A DNA stretch of 64,000 nt from an uncultured delta proteobacterium. GTDB lineage: Bacteria; Desulfobacterota; Binatia; Binatales; Binataceae. The notes under the pieces were generated by a model. It had not been told where the DNA came from. It ran no database searches and saw only the letters and a list, made by a program, of their open reading frames with translations. A program made the position numbers and the translations under genes. Numbering within the stretch: the stretch's first letter is position 1; every line of letters begins with the position of its first letter. The DNA is taken from positions 583,505 to 647,504 of the forward strand of contig CAWILO010000022.1 of the NCBI GenBank assembly GCA_963836955.1, in the 5' to 3' direction. Shown here one piece after another: positions 61,712 to 64,000 of this stretch.

Positions 61712-62286
61712 AAGCCTGTCGGTTGTGCTCCGCAAAATTATTCGGGTGGTGATCATCTCGACTGGCATCTGGCATCCCCAGATGCAACTCCAACACTTCT
61801 CCTGGAAGGTTCGCGCGGCAAGTCGCCGATGATTGCGCTCGCGGTATGTTGAGCATTCTCAACCTGGAACCTTGGTTCAACTGCCTTCTCGAAGTCCTGC
61901 GCAGACGCACTTGTCTGAAGTGACAGCTTCGCCTCTCTCAACTCATTTGTTTGAGCAGAAATATGAAGACGTTCTGGGTGTAGAGCGTGGCATACAATGA
62001 GGCCGCCCGTCCGAAGTTCAATGTCGCGTCGCGCTGAGCGGTTGCTCATACCGCAAGCAGATGTGAACGTTCCAAGAGCCTGTCCCTACTAAAAATTCCG
62101 TCTGCACCGGAATTTGAGCGGCTGCGAGAATCGTAATCGAATTAATGCGCGCAAGTGAGACGGGCACCGATCTGAACCATAAGCGGCCGACCACTGGTCG
62201 AGATCGAAAACCCTCCGATGCATAGATCCTCAGACGCACGCGTACGGCCACCACGCGACGATTTTTGAGCGGTAACCCGGGACGAA

Positions 62287-63300
62287 TCAGGCGGCGAGGT
62301 GTTCGTAGCGGTGATGCAGGCCACCGACTTGGGGGATGGCGACCACCTTTCCGATCTTGCGTGGCATGATCGGACGGGAGTCGGGGCAATCCTTGTCGAG
62401 CGACAGATGCGTTCGAGTGCGTTGGTAATAGTCGACATACGAGGACAGGACGCGGCGCAGATGGCGCTCGTTGAAGATGACGATGTGATCCAGACACTCG
62501 CGGCGGATCGAACCGATCACTCGCTCGACATCAGCGTTCTGCCAAGGTGATCGTGGTGCCGTGACGATCTCCTTGATCCCCATCGCTTCGACCCGGTTGC
62601 AGAAGTAGGAGCCATACGAGGCGTCGCGATCGCGCAGCAGATAACTTGGAGCCGTGTCCCATGGGAATGCTTCGGTTACTTGGCGCGAGAGCCAAGCGGC
62701 GGTCGGATGCTCGGTGACAGCCGCGCGTACGATCTGCCTTCGATCGTGCGCCAGAATGATCGTGACGTAGAGCAGGTGAAACGAAAGCGGACGCCACAAC
62801 GAACATATCGATCGCAGCGATGCCTTCGGCCTGATTGCGCAGGAAGCTCCGCCAGGTCGGGGAAGGCGCAGCTCGTCTTCGCACCATGTACTTGGCGACC
62901 GTAGCTTGACTGATCTCGATACCAAGCTTGAGAAGCTCGCCGTGGATCCGAGACGCTCCCCAGAGCGGGTTGGCACTGCTCATCTGTCGAATCAGGTCAC
63001 GAATCTCGCGATCGGTTGACGGCCTCCCGGATCTCGACCGCCAACGCCAAAACCAGCGGAAGCCCTGACGATGCCATTGGACGACGGTGGCCGGCTTGAC
63101 CAAAACCATCGCCTCCAGACAGCCCGGCCACAATCGGTAAAGCCAAATCCAGAGCAAGCGGTCGAACGCGAACAGCCAGGGCCGACCCTGCCGCCGGCGA
63201 CGAAGAACGCGCAGTTGATGGCGGAGAGCGAGGTTCTCTAGTTCCAGAATCGCCCGACTTCGGAATCGGCGGGCAAGATGCTAACTCAGTGTCGATGAAC
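62287..63300 (-). mobile_element. Integrase-core (rve) transposase, frameshifted near 62790
   Basis: LELENLALRHQL, ANPLWGASRIHGELLKLG, LLRDRD, SPWQNA.VERVIGSIRRECLDH, GGLHHRY. Confidence 0.88.
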
Positions 63301-63484
63301 CTCGTCGCACCGTCGCAATGACGCATTGCCCCAATGCGCGGCGAGGATCGTCCCCGCGCCGAAGTACAACGGAGGCATTGTCATGGTAACTTCGGGAGAA
63401 ACGAATCCTCTTTTGACTTTGGACAATCGGGAAGGTAGGAATTGGATCGTCGCGCCGCCGATCGAATTTGGAGGATACGACCTG

Positions 63485-63768
63485 ATGCCCAAACCGAAAC
63501 TCGCTTCTCTGGTGTTTGTGCTCGACTCTTTGTGGCGTCGGTCGCCTCAGCTGGACCGGTCAACACTTACCAAGTCACGGGCCCCGTTCTGGAAGTAAAC
63601 GGCGACATGATCGCGGTCCAAAAGGGGAAGGACCGGTGGGAGATTGCGCGCGATGCGAACACGAAGATCGATGGCGATCTGAAAGTCGGCTCGAAGGTCA
63701 CTATCCAGTACCGGATGGTAGCGGCACAAGTGAACGTCAAAGCCGAGAAACCCGCCAAGACCAAATGA
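63485..63768 (+). CDS. Small secreted OB-fold-like protein (1-nt shift in the signal peptide near 63520)
   Basis: GGAGG RBS; YQVTGPVLEV..GDLKVGSKVTIQY. Confidence 0.65.
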
Positions 63769-63830
63769 CGAATCCTGACGACTTCAGCCGGCGCATACTA
63801 AATTAGTCCGCGCAACCCGGCCGTGGAACT

Positions 63831-64000
63831 CTACTCCTGCTTGGACTTGCGGTCGCCCTCCTTGATTGTGTCGGCCTCCGTCATCCATTTCCCGTGCTTG
63901 GTCTTGCCGTAATAGCGATCGCCTTCGGTGTGATAGACCTTGGTTTTCGAATTTACCCATACCATGCCGGGTTGAGGAGGAGTCTGAGCTGAGACCGAAC
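63831..64000 (-). CDS. Partial hypothetical protein (runs off the window)
   Basis: PGMVWVNSKTKVYH..RYYGKTKHGKWMTEAD. Confidence 0.7.
   Translation of the reverse strand, partial: SVSAQTPPQPGMVWVNSKTKVYHTEGDRYYGKTKHGKWMTEADTIKEGDRKSKQE

Overview
GC-rich bacterial accessory DNA. The small-gene families suggest Candidatus Binatia or a relative, which is inference from gene style only. (1) 1-17285 appears to be the right part of an island ending in a 3' tRNA-Asn(GTT) fragment. It carries pyruvate kinase, USPs, an MgtA-type ATPase, a VIT1 fusion, GTP-PEPCK, an HTH-PTS-IIA regulator, two PWWP/Tudor-like paralogs, a C2H2 microprotein, a GIY-YIG-like ORF and a nested IS256-in-IS256. (2) 17286-22841 holds three cargo segments (O-methyltransferase, amidase plus IS3, P-loop kinase). 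Each is closed by a ~100-bp repeat that ends in the same GGGGAGCCAC core as the tRNA fragment and encodes on the minus strand a conserved 31-33 aa peptide (WLPFLDTYRTMC...). I read these as serial integration scars of split-recombinase elements. (3) A P460-like/multiheme cytochrome c gene contains an internal ~185-bp inversion; flipping it nearly rebuilds a CxxCH motif. (4) A truncated tad locus is followed by an AbiTii-like gene, an S74 fibre protein and two dispersed micro-gene families. (5) 35-64 kb is a mosaic of intact metabolic and transport genes (MlaA, desaturase, CusA, fused carboxylase, BVMO, FAD monooxygenase) with many frameshifted or internally deleted genes and IS remnants. I found no CRISPR array, rRNA or complete tRNA. 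All family calls come from motif recognition, not database searches.
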